DNA of 64,000 nucleotides from Cyanidioschyzon merolae (Eukaryota): the NCBI GenBank assembly GCA_000091205.1, contig AP006502.2; one strand, 5' to 3'. This document shows positions 34,273 to 44,669 of this stretch, in pieces. Within the stretch, counting starts at the first letter, position 1, and each line of letters starts with the position of its first letter. The position numbers and the translations under genes are program-made. Below the pieces are notes generated by a model. That model saw nothing but the letters and a program-made list of their open reading frames with translations, had not been told where the DNA came from and searched no databases.

Positions 34273-36120
34273 GTGCAATTCATCAGACTGCTTACTTTTG
34301 GGTCCCGTCCCAGGTTTACGGCTGCGGAGCGAGCACTTACAAACGGGACTCATCCAGCGCGTATGGCCCCCGAAAGTGCACAAGTAACCAGTTTCGACGC
34401 GTTCCTCCATAGTGTGAGTGCTTGGGAGCACCTTCTCGAGTCTGATGCTCAGGAAACAGCGCAGAAGCAACTGAACGTCCTTCGACGCTCAGTGCCGCGC
34501 CAGCGGACCCCGAACGAACCAACACCCAGAGACGCAGCACACGCCCTCGAGACACTCTGGCTGAAGAAACACGCTGCCCTGTGGTATCGCTGGACGCCGA
34601 CCCTATGTCAGGGAGTGCGAAACGGACGCGCTGCTTCCTGCTCGCTGCTGTGCTTCCTTTTCGACGGGGCGCAGCGTTTCCTGTACCCGCTCTGTGGGAT
34701 GGTACTCAAGGCGCCACGACGTGCGACACGCATGGAAGGAGCACCAAACGCAACCAGCACCATGAAGAGCGCTCGACAGCAGACGTTTGTGCCCATGTCG
34801 GAACGGTATCGGTTGCATCTTCAACTGGTCTACGATACACTGGTCGAAACGATGCAGGCGCAGCTGACCCAAGCTGCAACTGCATTGACCGGTATAGTCA
34901 GCAGGGGAGGTGTGGATTCCAGCACCTCGACCTGTCAGCTCATGCGCTGCCTCGGGGTCGTGGTGCAGAATACGCCATCACGCTGTCTCCCGAGCGCACA
35001 GCTCAAGACCGCCGGGAACCTGCTCTGGGACCAGTACGCGCTTTCACTTGGGCCAGAGCTTGAAACGCTTCGAGCAGCGGCCATCTCCTGTCTGAAAAGT
35101 ATTCATGATCGTCTACAAACCATACCGCCGCTGGAGCAGCTTTTAGCGAATCCGCTGCGCTGGAATGATGCGCACGTGGTTTCGTTCGTGGAAGCCATGC
35201 TAACACTACGCATGCGTCATCTGAGCAGGGTCCAAGAATCCGCACCCGACAGCACTGCCGTCGACGAACTGGTACTTGCGATGGTCGAGCATCATTTTCG
35301 AAGTGCATCGACGAGTCCAGCGCTGCGACTACAAAGCGCCCGTCTCTTGCGCTTGCTGTTGCGCTCGCGGCCATCGATCGCAAGTTCGCGTAACGCACTC
35401 CTGTTCCGCATGTTGAAGGATCCCTTCCACGCGGTACGTGTGGTTGCCATCGCCTGTTTGAGTCAGCCTGGAATTGGAGCCGCAGGCACGCCGCTCTTTC
35501 GAGAGCTCGAGGCGTTAACCGCTGACCCCATTGCATCGATGCGCGCCGCTGCGTGTACCGCATTAGGGCGGCTCGCGGCGGATCCAGGCGCGTTCATCCC
35601 TCAAACAGAACCTACGATCATTCTCGATAACGACTGGAATGCATTGAAAGGGCGTGCGATGGATCTTCTACTGAAGCGACTCGAAGAAGATCCAAATGTC
35701 CATGTTCGAGCAGCTGCCGCCTACTCGTTGAGCCAGTTCTGCACGCATGCAGAACGCTTGGCGGCGCGACTCCCCGAGAGGATCATCGAATTGGCGATTG
35801 ATGAACTTCGACGTGCACCATATTCGAGTCAAGCAAGCGCGTACTGTCGCCTTCTGGGTGCGTCCGTCCCGTCCGAAGCACAGCGAACACAGATCGTTGT
35901 GGTGATCGGGGATATTGTGCAGGGTGCACGTCGAAAGGCGCTGCGCCAACAGGCGATCCTGGCGCTGGCGAAGCATGTACGACCTGCCGACGGGGCGGCA
36001 CGCTGGTCGCTTGCACAGAAGCCGGACAACGAACTGGACCTGGATCAGTGTGGACGAAACGCTGCGCCAGCGGAAACGCCACATCAGGATGCGGTTGCTT
36101 CGAATCGGACGGGAGCGTAG
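34273..36120 (+). CDS. HEAT/ARM-repeat protein (function unassigned)
   Basis: 615 aa. Repeated HEAT-like units (DPFHAVRVVAIACLSQ, DPIASMRAAACTALGRLA, DPNVHVRAAAAYSLSQF). No catalytic motif. Confidence 0.45.
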   Translation: MQFIRLLTFGSRPRFTAAERALTNGTHPARMAPESAQVTSFDAFLHSVSAWEHLLESDAQETAQKQLNVLRRSVPRQRTPNEPTPRDAAHALETLWLKKHAALWYRWTPTLCQGVRNGRAASCSLLCFLFDGAQRFLYPLCGMVLKAPRRATRMEGAPNATSTMKSARQQTFVPMSERYRLHLQLVYDTLVETMQAQLTQAATALTGIVSRGGVDSSTSTCQLMRCLGVVVQNTPSRCLPSAQLKTAGNLLWDQYALSLGPELETLRAAAISCLKSIHDRLQTIPPLEQLLANPLRWNDAHVVSFVEAMLTLRMRHLSRVQESAPDSTAVDELVLAMVEHHFRSASTSPALRLQSARLLRLLLRSRPSIASSRNALLFRMLKDPFHAVRVVAIACLSQPGIGAAGTPLFRELEALTADPIASMRAAACTALGRLAADPGAFIPQTEPTIILDNDWNALKGRAMDLLLKRLEEDPNVHVRAAAAYSLSQFCTHAERLAARLPERIIELAIDELRRAPYSSQASAYCRLLGASVPSEAQRTQIVVVIGDIVQGARRKALRQQAILALAKHVRPADGAARWSLAQKPDNELDLDQCGRNAAPAETPHQDAVASNRTGA

Positions 36121-37187
36121 CCGCTAAGCACCGCCCGCTCGTTGGGATGCCACGTTCGGAGTGCGTGTATGGCGTTGCTGCTTGCTTTGCTTCGTCGTGG
36201 ACGGCAAGCGCTCAGAGGCACGTCATCAAGGATGCGGAGCGAGCTGTTCCGACATGTGCATGTCGCTGGTACGACTCGGCGGGTCGCGTCGACGTGTCGT
36301 TGGTTGCATCGAGCGGGGGTAGGTTCGGCATGCGCATGCGTCTCGCATACGAGTCGGCGTAGGGGATCCATGTGCAGCTGCTCAGCCTCGAACAACTCTA
36401 TGGAGCATCGGGATTGAGCGCCGAACACCGTTAGCGGCATGCAAAACGCGCATTCAGTCCAGCGGCGTTGGGCGGGCATATCTGGGAGGGAACGTACGCT
36501 CGTTAACTCGCTGGCGGACGCGACCCTACTGTGGCTATGGCGGCTCTTCGTGCGCGCCAACACGGACCCAGTACAGCACGCATCGCGTCGGTCGCCAGAA
36601 AGACGATATCAGCGGTTACTGCCCTACCAGAAACGCTTCGAGCTGCAAGGTTAGCGCACCCAGTCGCCGTCTCCGTGCCCTGCCTGCCTCGCAGAGGCAC
36701 TGACGTCGTTCACGCAGAGACGCGCACGAGGGTACCGCAAAGCGCCTCCGAGCCCGTTCAGCGAACTTTTTAGAATGGACATACCAAACCTGGTGAATAG
36801 ACGTAGATCAACCACACCTGTGTCCCCTGCAGGAATACAGAACTGGAGCTCTCCTCGGAGCGTTCATGATGCGCACGACTCGACGAGTGCGATTCCGTAT
36901 TGGACGGCGGGACGGCTGGCGAGGTGTGCACCAGCAGCGCTCATGTCTGTTATATTCGTAATTGTCCTTATTGTACAAAGAGCTCCCTATTCACCATCAG
37001 CTGATGCGCGCGCATCTACAGGAGACGCCGCCGCCGCCGGCCGCGCCGTCCCGACGCGATCGTGGCGTGCGAGCCGTCCGAGTGCGCGATGCCGCCCAGC
37101 ATCGTGCGTGGGTGCATCCCGCTCCAAACGTTGGGCGCTCAACGGTAAGGGACGACCCTGGTCAGTTTAAACCGCGTTGCAGACGAT

Positions 37188-38342
37188 ATGCTGGTTCGAT
37201 TCTCGCAACTGGTGACGTGGTCTCAAACCCCTATGGTCACAGCATTGCAGCAGCGAAAGGATAACGGGGGCTCCAACTGCGGCGTGGACCAAGTTCTGCG
37301 AGCAGCACCGTCGACGCTGCCGACGGTGTGGGGTGCGCTCGGGGGTCGACCTGCGACACTCGTGGCGTGCTCGGCCGACGAAAACCCCACTTTCGGAACG
37401 TACCTGAAGTTTGCTCTGGCAGGTGCAATATGCTGCAGTGTTACCCATTCGGCTGTGGTTCCGGTCGACGTGGTCAAGACGCGGCTGCAGCTGTCGGACA
37501 AGTACCACGGTATGACACACGCCGCACGCACGATCGTCAAGGAGGAGGGCGCACTGGCACTGCTAACCGGACTGAGCCCGACTGCCGTTGGCTACTTCTT
37601 GCAAGGATGGTTCAAGTTTGGGCTTTACGAGTACTTCAAGCGGCTATATTCGAGTCTGGCTGGTCCCGAGGCAGCGGAGAAAGGCCGCTTCGGTATCTGG
37701 CTAGCAGCGGGCGGTACGGCGGAGTTTTTCGCAGACCTGGCGCTTTGCCCGCTGGAGGCCACGCGTATCCGTCTGGTGAGCCAACCGACTTTTGCGAGCT
37801 CTTTACCGGAGGCGTTCGGAAAGCTCATCTCCAATGAAGGGCTGCGTGGTCTCTACGCCGGACTCTTCCCGATCCTCCTGAAACAGATTCCCTACACAAT
37901 GGCCAAATTTGCTGTTTTTGAAGCAGCATCCGAGTTCATCTACCGCACGCTAGAGCGCATGGGGAAACCAAAAGCCGACATGCGGGATAGCACCAAGCTC
38001 TTGATTTCACTCAATTCCGGTATCTTTGCAGGTATCTGTGCAGCTGTGGTCTCGCAACCCGCGGACACGGTGTTGTCGGTCATCAACAAGTCCCGCGTAA
38101 CGGGTAGCATCGCTGAAGCAACGTTCCGGATTATTCGTGAGCTAGGTCCGCGTGGACTTTTCCGTGGACTGGGTGCTCGCGCAATCATGGTTGGTAGTCT
38201 GACTGCCGGGCAATTCTTTATTTACGACGGGTTGAAACAGCTGCTCGGCGTGGCGCCTGTTCACAAGAAAGAAGTTGCTCCACTGGTGGGCTCGGCAGCG
38301 CAACCCGCATCGGTGGCAGCACGTGCTCAACAGTCGCAGTGA
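37188..38342 (+). CDS. Mitochondrial phosphate carrier (SLC25A3/Mir1 family)
   Basis: 384 aa. Tripartite mitochondrial-carrier structure collinear with PiC: VVPVDVVKTRLQL; GWFKFGLYEYFKRLYS; AEFFADLALCPLEATRIRLVSQP; LLKQIPYTMAKFAVFE; VVSQPADTVLSVINK; AIMVGSLTAGQFFIYD. Confidence 0.88.
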   Translation: MLVRFSQLVTWSQTPMVTALQQRKDNGGSNCGVDQVLRAAPSTLPTVWGALGGRPATLVACSADENPTFGTYLKFALAGAICCSVTHSAVVPVDVVKTRLQLSDKYHGMTHAARTIVKEEGALALLTGLSPTAVGYFLQGWFKFGLYEYFKRLYSSLAGPEAAEKGRFGIWLAAGGTAEFFADLALCPLEATRIRLVSQPTFASSLPEAFGKLISNEGLRGLYAGLFPILLKQIPYTMAKFAVFEAASEFIYRTLERMGKPKADMRDSTKLLISLNSGIFAGICAAVVSQPADTVLSVINKSRVTGSIAEATFRIIRELGPRGLFRGLGARAIMVGSLTAGQFFIYDGLKQLLGVAPVHKKEVAPLVGSAAQPASVAARAQQSQ

Positions 38343-38683
38343 ACGCGAATGAAGCTGGATGAGCTCGCGTGACTCGACGACGACCTGACGCAGGTCGTCA
38401 TGGATCCCGAAACCCATATGGTACACTGGAAATCTAGCTGGTCACAGGGGACACGCCAGGCCACTGGGATGCCACTCCACGAGACGGGAGACTCGTTGCG
38501 CAGCGCCTATGTACCGTAGTCTTTTCTGTAAACGCTGCGGCGTCCAGGGACAACAGACTTGTCATACGTATCGCAGCAAGGTGCGCAGGAGCACGCGGCC
38601 CGAACCGGAGCAGCGCGCACCGCAGCAGCACCGGAGGGACTGGGGTCGCACCCAGAGCTATCGCTATCGCTTGTGGAGACGAG

Positions 38684-39676
38684 TTGCCCAGCGTTTGGAT
38701 GGATCTGGAAAACTTCCTCGAACAAGTAAAAGACCCAGACTTGCGACAGATAGTGCACGCTATCGCTGAAGCTTCGGTTTCGATTGATCAGGTTCTGCGG
38801 AACGGAGTACAAGACGTCTCATCGTCCGCAGTAGCGGCTGCTCCTGGACAGCAGCACAACGCTTTCGGCGACGCGCAGCTCTCCGAAGACCTCACAGCTG
38901 ATCATCTTGCGCGAAGTCGTCTTCTGCAGGTTCCGTGCGTATCGTACGTGAGCTCGGAAGAGAACCCCACTGAGCAGCGCGGGCCGGGGCACAAGTACGC
39001 CGTAGCGTTTGATCCCCTGGATGGCTCGTCGGTACTGGAGAGCAACTTCAGCGTCGGGTCAATTTTCGGTGTCTGGCGGACAGCAGAACGATTGGTTGGG
39101 TGCCAGGGACGCGATATGGTTGCCGCTGCGGTGACCCTGTACGGCCCACGTCTGGTGCTGGTGGTGGCAGTCGACCCCGGCCTCATGTCGAGTGACTGGC
39201 CAGGCGGTGTTGCATCCTTTCGCTGGACAACTTCGAACGACGCTCGCTGGCGACTGCTCAAGCAGTGGAGCCCCGACCTGTTGCGACACTCGAGCGCGTC
39301 GCTCTTCGCGCCGGGCAACTTGCGAGCAACGCAGGAACTGCCACCCTATGATCGTATGGTGCGCTCCTGGATCGAGTCACGCTATACGCTGCGGTACTCG
39401 GGAGCCATGGCACCGGATGTCTTCCAAATCATCGCAAAGGGACAGGGCATCTTCTGTAATCCGAGTGTTCCGGGCAAGGCGAAGTTACGGCTCGTATACG
39501 AGGCATTGCCGTTGGCGTTTCTTGTCGAAGCCGTGGGAGGTCGCAGCTCGGACGGTAGTCGCACCTCGACGAGTCTGCTGGATAAGCGTATCACTTTGCT
39601 TATAGAGCGGACGCCCGTCGTCCTGGGTTCACCGTCTGAAGTTCAACGCTATATCGAAGCGATGAACGAGACCTGA
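38684..39676 (+). CDS. Sedoheptulose-1,7-bisphosphatase-like / FBPase-class sugar bisphosphatase
   Basis: 330 aa. Metal-site motif FDPLDGSS, then NFSVGSIFGVWRTAERLVGCQGRDMVAAAVTLYGPR and LRYSGAMAPDVFQIIAKGQGIFCNPSVPGKAKLRLVYEALPLAFLVEAVGGRSSDG. These track SBPase more closely than cytosolic FBPase as far as I recall. Confidence 0.8.
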   Translation: MPSVWMDLENFLEQVKDPDLRQIVHAIAEASVSIDQVLRNGVQDVSSSAVAAAPGQQHNAFGDAQLSEDLTADHLARSRLLQVPCVSYVSSEENPTEQRGPGHKYAVAFDPLDGSSVLESNFSVGSIFGVWRTAERLVGCQGRDMVAAAVTLYGPRLVLVVAVDPGLMSSDWPGGVASFRWTTSNDARWRLLKQWSPDLLRHSSASLFAPGNLRATQELPPYDRMVRSWIESRYTLRYSGAMAPDVFQIIAKGQGIFCNPSVPGKAKLRLVYEALPLAFLVEAVGGRSSDGSRTSTSLLDKRITLLIERTPVVLGSPSEVQRYIEAMNET

Positions 39677-41006
39677 TGCGCTCGATGCTCTAGGATCGTT
39701 TCCGTGAACCGGGCATCCCCAACATCCGCAATATCGATCGGTACAGAAGCGAACGTCGAATCCTGATGCGTTTCCGGGTGTGCGTCTGTCGCCGTTATTC
39801 ACATGGCGTACACGTGCGACACTACCAGCTGTGCATCATCGGCGTAGATGGTGCTCTCCTGACTGCATGGGATTGCTGCATCCAACCAGGGATCGCTCGA
39901 GTACGCAGGTGCAGTGGATATCCCGGGAAGCGATGAACAAGAGATGACTCGTGACCGAGAGCCAGTGAGGCCTACCTCGTACGCACCGCGAAAGCGCACC
40001 TGCTGATGACAAATAGCGATCATTTAGAAATGATGGGGTCGCGCTCATAAACAGCTGTGTCTAATGCTCGCGGTAAAAAAATGTCAGTACAGGAGCTGGA
40101 ACTCGTGCGAGACTTGATGTCGACGATGTGCCAGGATGCACCTGGGCGTGCGATTTCGTGAAATTGGCGTGCACTGCACCTCTGGAGCGTTCATGCGCTT
40201 CATTTGAAATCAGGCTGGATTGCAACGCCCATGTGAATGTCAGGGATCGACGCGGTGAACACGGTATCGCAAGCTACGCATGCCGTTGCTGGTTCCACGA
40301 TGTGGCGGTGTGTCAGGCGAACGACCACAAGCGCACTCGACGGGCAAAGTTCGCGTCTATCGGTGATACGGCGTACTTGGATCGACTGAGGTTCAGAGCG
40401 AAAGTGCTGACGGTCGTCGACGGAACACAAGCAGCAGCGTGGATGCGACGTATCAACTGCTCAGGCAGCACAGCGCATATCACCACAGGACGTTACGCGC
40501 AAGCAGCGTACACCTAGGGCAGCTTTGCAGCAAGTCGACGTGCCGAACCGCGTTCTATGTGCATGCAGGCGCGTCAAGGCATGGAACGCGCACTCGCTGC
40601 GGAAACGCCCTCTGAATGAGATGAGGCAGCCCGCATACTTGGGCATGTCAAGGGAGGCCATCGGTGGCCTCATTCGTGGCCTCGCCTACGCTATATTCTG
40701 CAAAACGTACTGTGGATGTGGATGTCGATCCGCTTCCGCAAGTCCCGCTGGACGCCCGACATTCCCAGATGGCGGAATGTCCTGCTCGGTTGTCGGGCTC
40801 GTGCACTTCAGATGATCACCGGTCGGAAAGTTGTGCATTGTGGTTCTTGATGCACTGTACATCGGACGCTACACGCTCGTTGGCACCGAGAACCTGGCCC
40901 CATCGCGTGCCGTCGGCGCCTCTCGCTGACCAGTATACGTATCTATTCCGCGAGGCGCTTGCCGCACCGACACCGTCTAGCCGGCTTCGAGAAGCGCTTC
41001 GGGAAT

Positions 41007-42896
41007 TCAAATGGCTGAACGCGAACGGTCCACAGACTCTTGATCCGGAGCTTGTCGCTGCTCCATCCACTGAATATACGCTGTCTGTTGCTTGCTGTGC
41101 TCCACAATGTCCGGGAAGCGGAGCCCAACCTGCAGCTCATCTTGAGGGCACCGAGCCCGCTCAACAAGAACAACAACTGTATCAGGCACGTCCAGCATCG
41201 CTTGCCAGCCATCCGTTGCGTTCACGGAGAAGAGGCCGCCCCAGACACTTCGTTGCTGATGCATGACCACGAATTCCAGCTGCAAACGAATATCCTCCGG
41301 CTCGCGTTCCAGCCCTGGTCGATGCTCGAGTTTCACAAGCAGACCTCGAGACTCGGATCGCGCCAGTGGCCCCGCATGCGCAGCGACTCCATCGCTGGGG
41401 GTCGGGCGTTGCGCCCGAGGCGGCGTCTTCCTGTCAGGTATCCGCGGCGAACGCGTTGCGTCCCAGGAGCAGGCATCCATCCATTGAACTTGCCACCGCA
41501 AACCGCATACCTTCAACGTGCCGGGAACACGGGCCCATGCAAATGGTGGTAGCACCGCACATTTCAGCGGTATAGGTGCTTGGTCCTCGGGAAGCGCCAC
41601 CAACATCGTAGTACCAGCGGATTCGCTCCACGCACTGCATACCGCGTCGGATGCATCTATGACGGAGAGCGCGCTCAGCGCTTCCCAGCGCTCTTTCCAT
41701 TCCTGGTGTGCACGTAAGAGCGACTCAGCGCTGCTGGGGAGGGCGTGTGCGCGCTCCGCATAATGCCCTGCAATGTCCTGACGATACGCCAGCAGGCGAC
41801 GTTCCATGTCGCGGAGTAACCGCCGCAGATGCATACGCATGTCCACGAGACGCGTACGTGCTGCCTGCTGGGACTGGATCCGCTGCTGGACCTGGGTATC
41901 GATCTGCTCGAGCACGGAATCCATGAAACGTTGAATACGCTGGGAAAGCGCTTCACGCTGCCGCAGAAAGAATCGAGATGTCTGCTCGTACTCGAGCAGT
42001 TGGCATTCGAAACGCTGAAGGCGCTCGCGAAGCGGTTGCAAACCCTGCTCTAGCTCAGATGCCAAACTTTGGAGTCGCTCGTGGGCGCGTTCCAGCGGAT
42101 GGTAGCGATGCTCGCACTCGGGCAGCGGAGCACAGCACTCCGCACATATGAAGCGATTGCAGCGTTGGCAGTAATACCGCACAGCTTCATGAGCGTGGAC
42201 CGAGCAGCACCATAATGTTGCCTTCAGCGCTGACAGGGATCGCGGTGCACCTGGATTCTTTTCCGCTGGCTGCTCTGGCAGCGCCAGTTTCGGGCCTCGG
42301 CGGATGTTCTGCAGCAGCTCGCGGAGACAACGCACCAGCACCAGTTCGTGACGAGCAACGGGCTGTCGACAGTGTGGACACGGTTGTGTGCTCGCGATAC
42401 GACGGTGTCCCTGCGACGACGCCGTGCTGGGCTCTCGCCACCACTTCGTCGCACACCGTTCGCAAAACAAGACCCCGCACGAAGGACAGAGAAGCGGCTC
42501 GCGAGGGAGCTCAGCGCAAATAAGGCAGTTCAAATGGTGTTCAAGTTGTGTCGTCCAGGGGTTTGCGTTCGTCGAGGTCACAGGCGGCTGCCCCGTCGCG
42601 TTCAGGTCGGTGGGGTGTACCTCCTCGAGGGCCAGGCACTGCTCGCTCGGCTGTGAAAGAACGGTACCAGACGACCTGTCCCCTCTTTCTTCCACTCTAC
42701 ATAAACGTGCTAGCTGTGCAACAAGTTGCATCCAATCAAGCGACTCGGGTGTGCGGTCTGGGGCGAGCTCCTCGCTGTCGGCGCTCAGCGGTGGGCTGCC
42801 CGCTCTCGGCGACACCAGCCCACTCAGTGCTGTGTCGCTGAGCCGGTCGTCACCGACAGAGCATTCCAACGACGACAGGTCCGTATCACTGTCCAT
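41007..42896 (-). CDS. RING finger / B-box / coiled-coil (TRIM-like) putative E3 ubiquitin ligase
   Basis: 629 aa. RING-like CLICAELPREPLLCPSCGVLFCERC...CPHCRQPV; B-box-like WCCSVHAHEAVRYYCQRCNRFICAECC; then a heptad-rich coiled-coil segment. Confidence 0.6.
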   Translation of the reverse strand: MDSDTDLSSLECSVGDDRLSDTALSGLVSPRAGSPPLSADSEELAPDRTPESLDWMQLVAQLARLCRVEERGDRSSGTVLSQPSEQCLALEEVHPTDLNATGQPPVTSTNANPWTTQLEHHLNCLICAELPREPLLCPSCGVLFCERCATKWWREPSTASSQGHRRIASTQPCPHCRQPVARHELVLVRCLRELLQNIRRGPKLALPEQPAEKNPGAPRSLSALKATLWCCSVHAHEAVRYYCQRCNRFICAECCAPLPECEHRYHPLERAHERLQSLASELEQGLQPLRERLQRFECQLLEYEQTSRFFLRQREALSQRIQRFMDSVLEQIDTQVQQRIQSQQAARTRLVDMRMHLRRLLRDMERRLLAYRQDIAGHYAERAHALPSSAESLLRAHQEWKERWEALSALSVIDASDAVCSAWSESAGTTMLVALPEDQAPIPLKCAVLPPFAWARVPGTLKVCGLRWQVQWMDACSWDATRSPRIPDRKTPPRAQRPTPSDGVAAHAGPLARSESRGLLVKLEHRPGLEREPEDIRLQLEFVVMHQQRSVWGGLFSVNATDGWQAMLDVPDTVVVLVERARCPQDELQVGLRFPDIVEHSKQQTAYIQWMEQRQAPDQESVDRSRSAI

Positions 42897-43055
42897 CAGG
42901 TAGAGTGGGAGCCTGACGGGCTGTTTGCCGCACCAAGCGACGTTCTAAACTCGAACGACGTCGGGCGTGTACAGTAGTGGCGAACCGTACGCCCTGGACA
43001 AGAAGTCTTCAACCGAGGTGCAGACGCCTCCCCGTCTTTTTGGACCGGCTACCTA

Positions 43056-44669
43056 CTACTGATTCCAATTTTTCTCATATAATTCAACTTTTAGAGGTTG
43101 TCTACTAAAGTTCTCTCTTGTCCATTCTGGAGGTCTTTTCTCCAGCACCGCACATTTCCCTATATTGACAGCGGCGTTAACGTCACGGTTCACAAACTCC
43201 ATCCGTTTCTTGCCATCACTGGTTGTACTTCCTAATGCAAGTAGTCCACGAACTTTCGACATCCTTTCCATATGCTCTTCCGTCAGCGGTCCATACCTTT
43301 TTATATCCTCAGGGCTCCTCTGGCACTTTTCTATCCCGACCCCTTGAAGTGTGCACGCCACTTCATGGTGTGTATACGATGTGCGAACCTCACCTACAAG
43401 TATTGTAACGAAACGCCTTGCGCACTCCGTGTACGTTCTCGTCGTTGGAGCTGGTGTAGTTCCTTTTTGGGTCATCCAGTGTCCTGCTCCGTATGTTGCT
43501 ACGAGCCTCTGACCTTCATTCCCCTTCAAGGCGCTCAACTCATTGAAAAAATTCGCGAACGCCCCCTGCTTCCCACAATACAAATTCATTCGCAAACGAG
43601 CCCACCGGGGCTTGGCATACTCCTCCCACAGCGCATCCCAATGAGCGACGCGAACTTCCATAAACTCCCGAAAAGCTTTAAAATCCGCTCCTCGGCTTGT
43701 CACCTCGCTCAAAGCTTCCAGGTGCTCGTTCATTCCTGAATTCCACGTCTCTATTTTCTTCCTTGCATTCATGATTCCCGATTCTCGATAGTATCTCGCT
43801 CTCGAGAACCTCAAAAGACGCATGTCTTTCTGACGTAAGTTACCATCAGTGCCATCTTTCGCACGCTTCGGTGCTGCGATGGTTATGATATTTGTGCTTC
43901 CTGGGTCCGCACCAACGGCAAATTCGTTATCCTGCACTTTCTGCGTCTCAGGACCCGCCTCTTTTTTTTCTTCATGCTTTACCGCGTCAACGACGAAGTC
44001 GTTATCCTCCACCTCTTGCGTCGCAGGATCTGCCTCCTTCTCATCTTCATCCTTCGTCACGTCAACGACGAGGTCGTTATCCTGTACTTTCTGCATCGCA
44101 GGTTCCGCATCCTTCCCATCTTCATCCTTCGTCACGTCAACGACGAGGTCGTTATCCTGTACTTTCTGCATCGCAGGTTCCGCCTCCTTCTCATCTTCAT
44201 GGTTCGCCGAGGGCGGAACTGGACGATCTGTCTTCAACTGCCGATAGTGTACACACAACGCTACTCCATCGGTTTCGATCATCCTAGTGAACAACTTTTG
44301 TTTGCTCACTTTGAGACGTTTGAAATCGAAGATATTCTTCCAGTACGCCTCCTGGTTTTCACCGGAGAACTCCTTCCTGCTAACATTGAACTCCAGACTG
44401 ATCTCCTTAAAGATGCCGTAAAGGACGCCGGAGGCGATACTCAAAAAATGTGACTTGATGTTGTACATTGGAACCACGTTGAAGCGCTTACCCATCAGGA
44501 ACGCCTTCCGTCTCTCCCACTCTTTATTTGTCTCCTCACGCAGCTTCATCTCTGCCTTGCGTTCGAGCTCTCGGTCCAGAAACACGAAATAGCGCAGGAC
44601 GAGGCAATAGTATCTTTCCTTATGTTTTTTCAACTCTGATATCTTGTCTGTTGGATTCGCCAACCCCAA
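43056..44669 (-). CDS. Fanzor/TnpB-like RNA-guided RuvC-fold endonuclease (eukaryotic OMEGA-type nuclease)
   Basis: 537 aa. RuvC-I-like [16 protein letters not shown] (Asp); Fanzor-typical segment [15 protein letters not shown]...W after RuvC-I; RuvC-II/zinc-finger region [15 protein letters not shown]...C; Ruv[25 protein letters not shown] (the DxNAAxNI hallmark of TnpB/Cas12/Fanzor). The N-terminal part carries ~3.7 in-frame 25-aa tandem repeats. Confidence 0.7.
   Translation of the reverse strand: MGLANPTDKISELKKHKERYYCLVLRYFVFLDRELERKAEMKLREETNKEWERRKAFLMGKRFNVVPMYNIKSHFLSIASGVLYGIFKEISLEFNVSRKEFSGENQEAYWKNIFDFKRLKVSKQKLFTRMIETDGVALCVHYRQLKTDRPVPPSANHEDEKEAEPAMQKVQDNDLVVDVTKDEDGKDAEPAMQKVQDNDLVVDVTKDEDEKEADPATQEVEDNDFVVDAVKHEEKKEAGPETQKVQDNEFAVGADPGSTNIITIAAPKRAKDGTDGNLRQKDMRLLRFSRARYYRESGIMNARKKIETWNSGMNEHLEALSEVTSRGADFKAFREFMEVRVAHWDALWEEYAKPRWARLRMNLYCGKQGAFANFFNELSALKGNEGQRLVATYGAGHWMTQKGTTPAPTTRTYTECARRFVTILVGEVRTSYTHHEVACTLQGVGIEKCQRSPEDIKRYGPLTEEHMERMSKVRGLLALGSTTSDGKKRMEFVNRDVNAAVNIGKCAVLEKRPPEWTRENFSRQPLKVELYEKNWNQ
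43919..44198. repeat. In-frame 75-bp tandem repeat (~3.7 units) inside the Fanzor-like CDS
   Basis: Plus-strand units gtcaacgacgaggtcgttatcctgtactttctgcatcgcaggttccgc.tcctt..catcttcatccttcgtcac. They encode [28 protein letters not shown]-type repeats just upstream of the RuvC-I motif. Confidence 0.85.
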
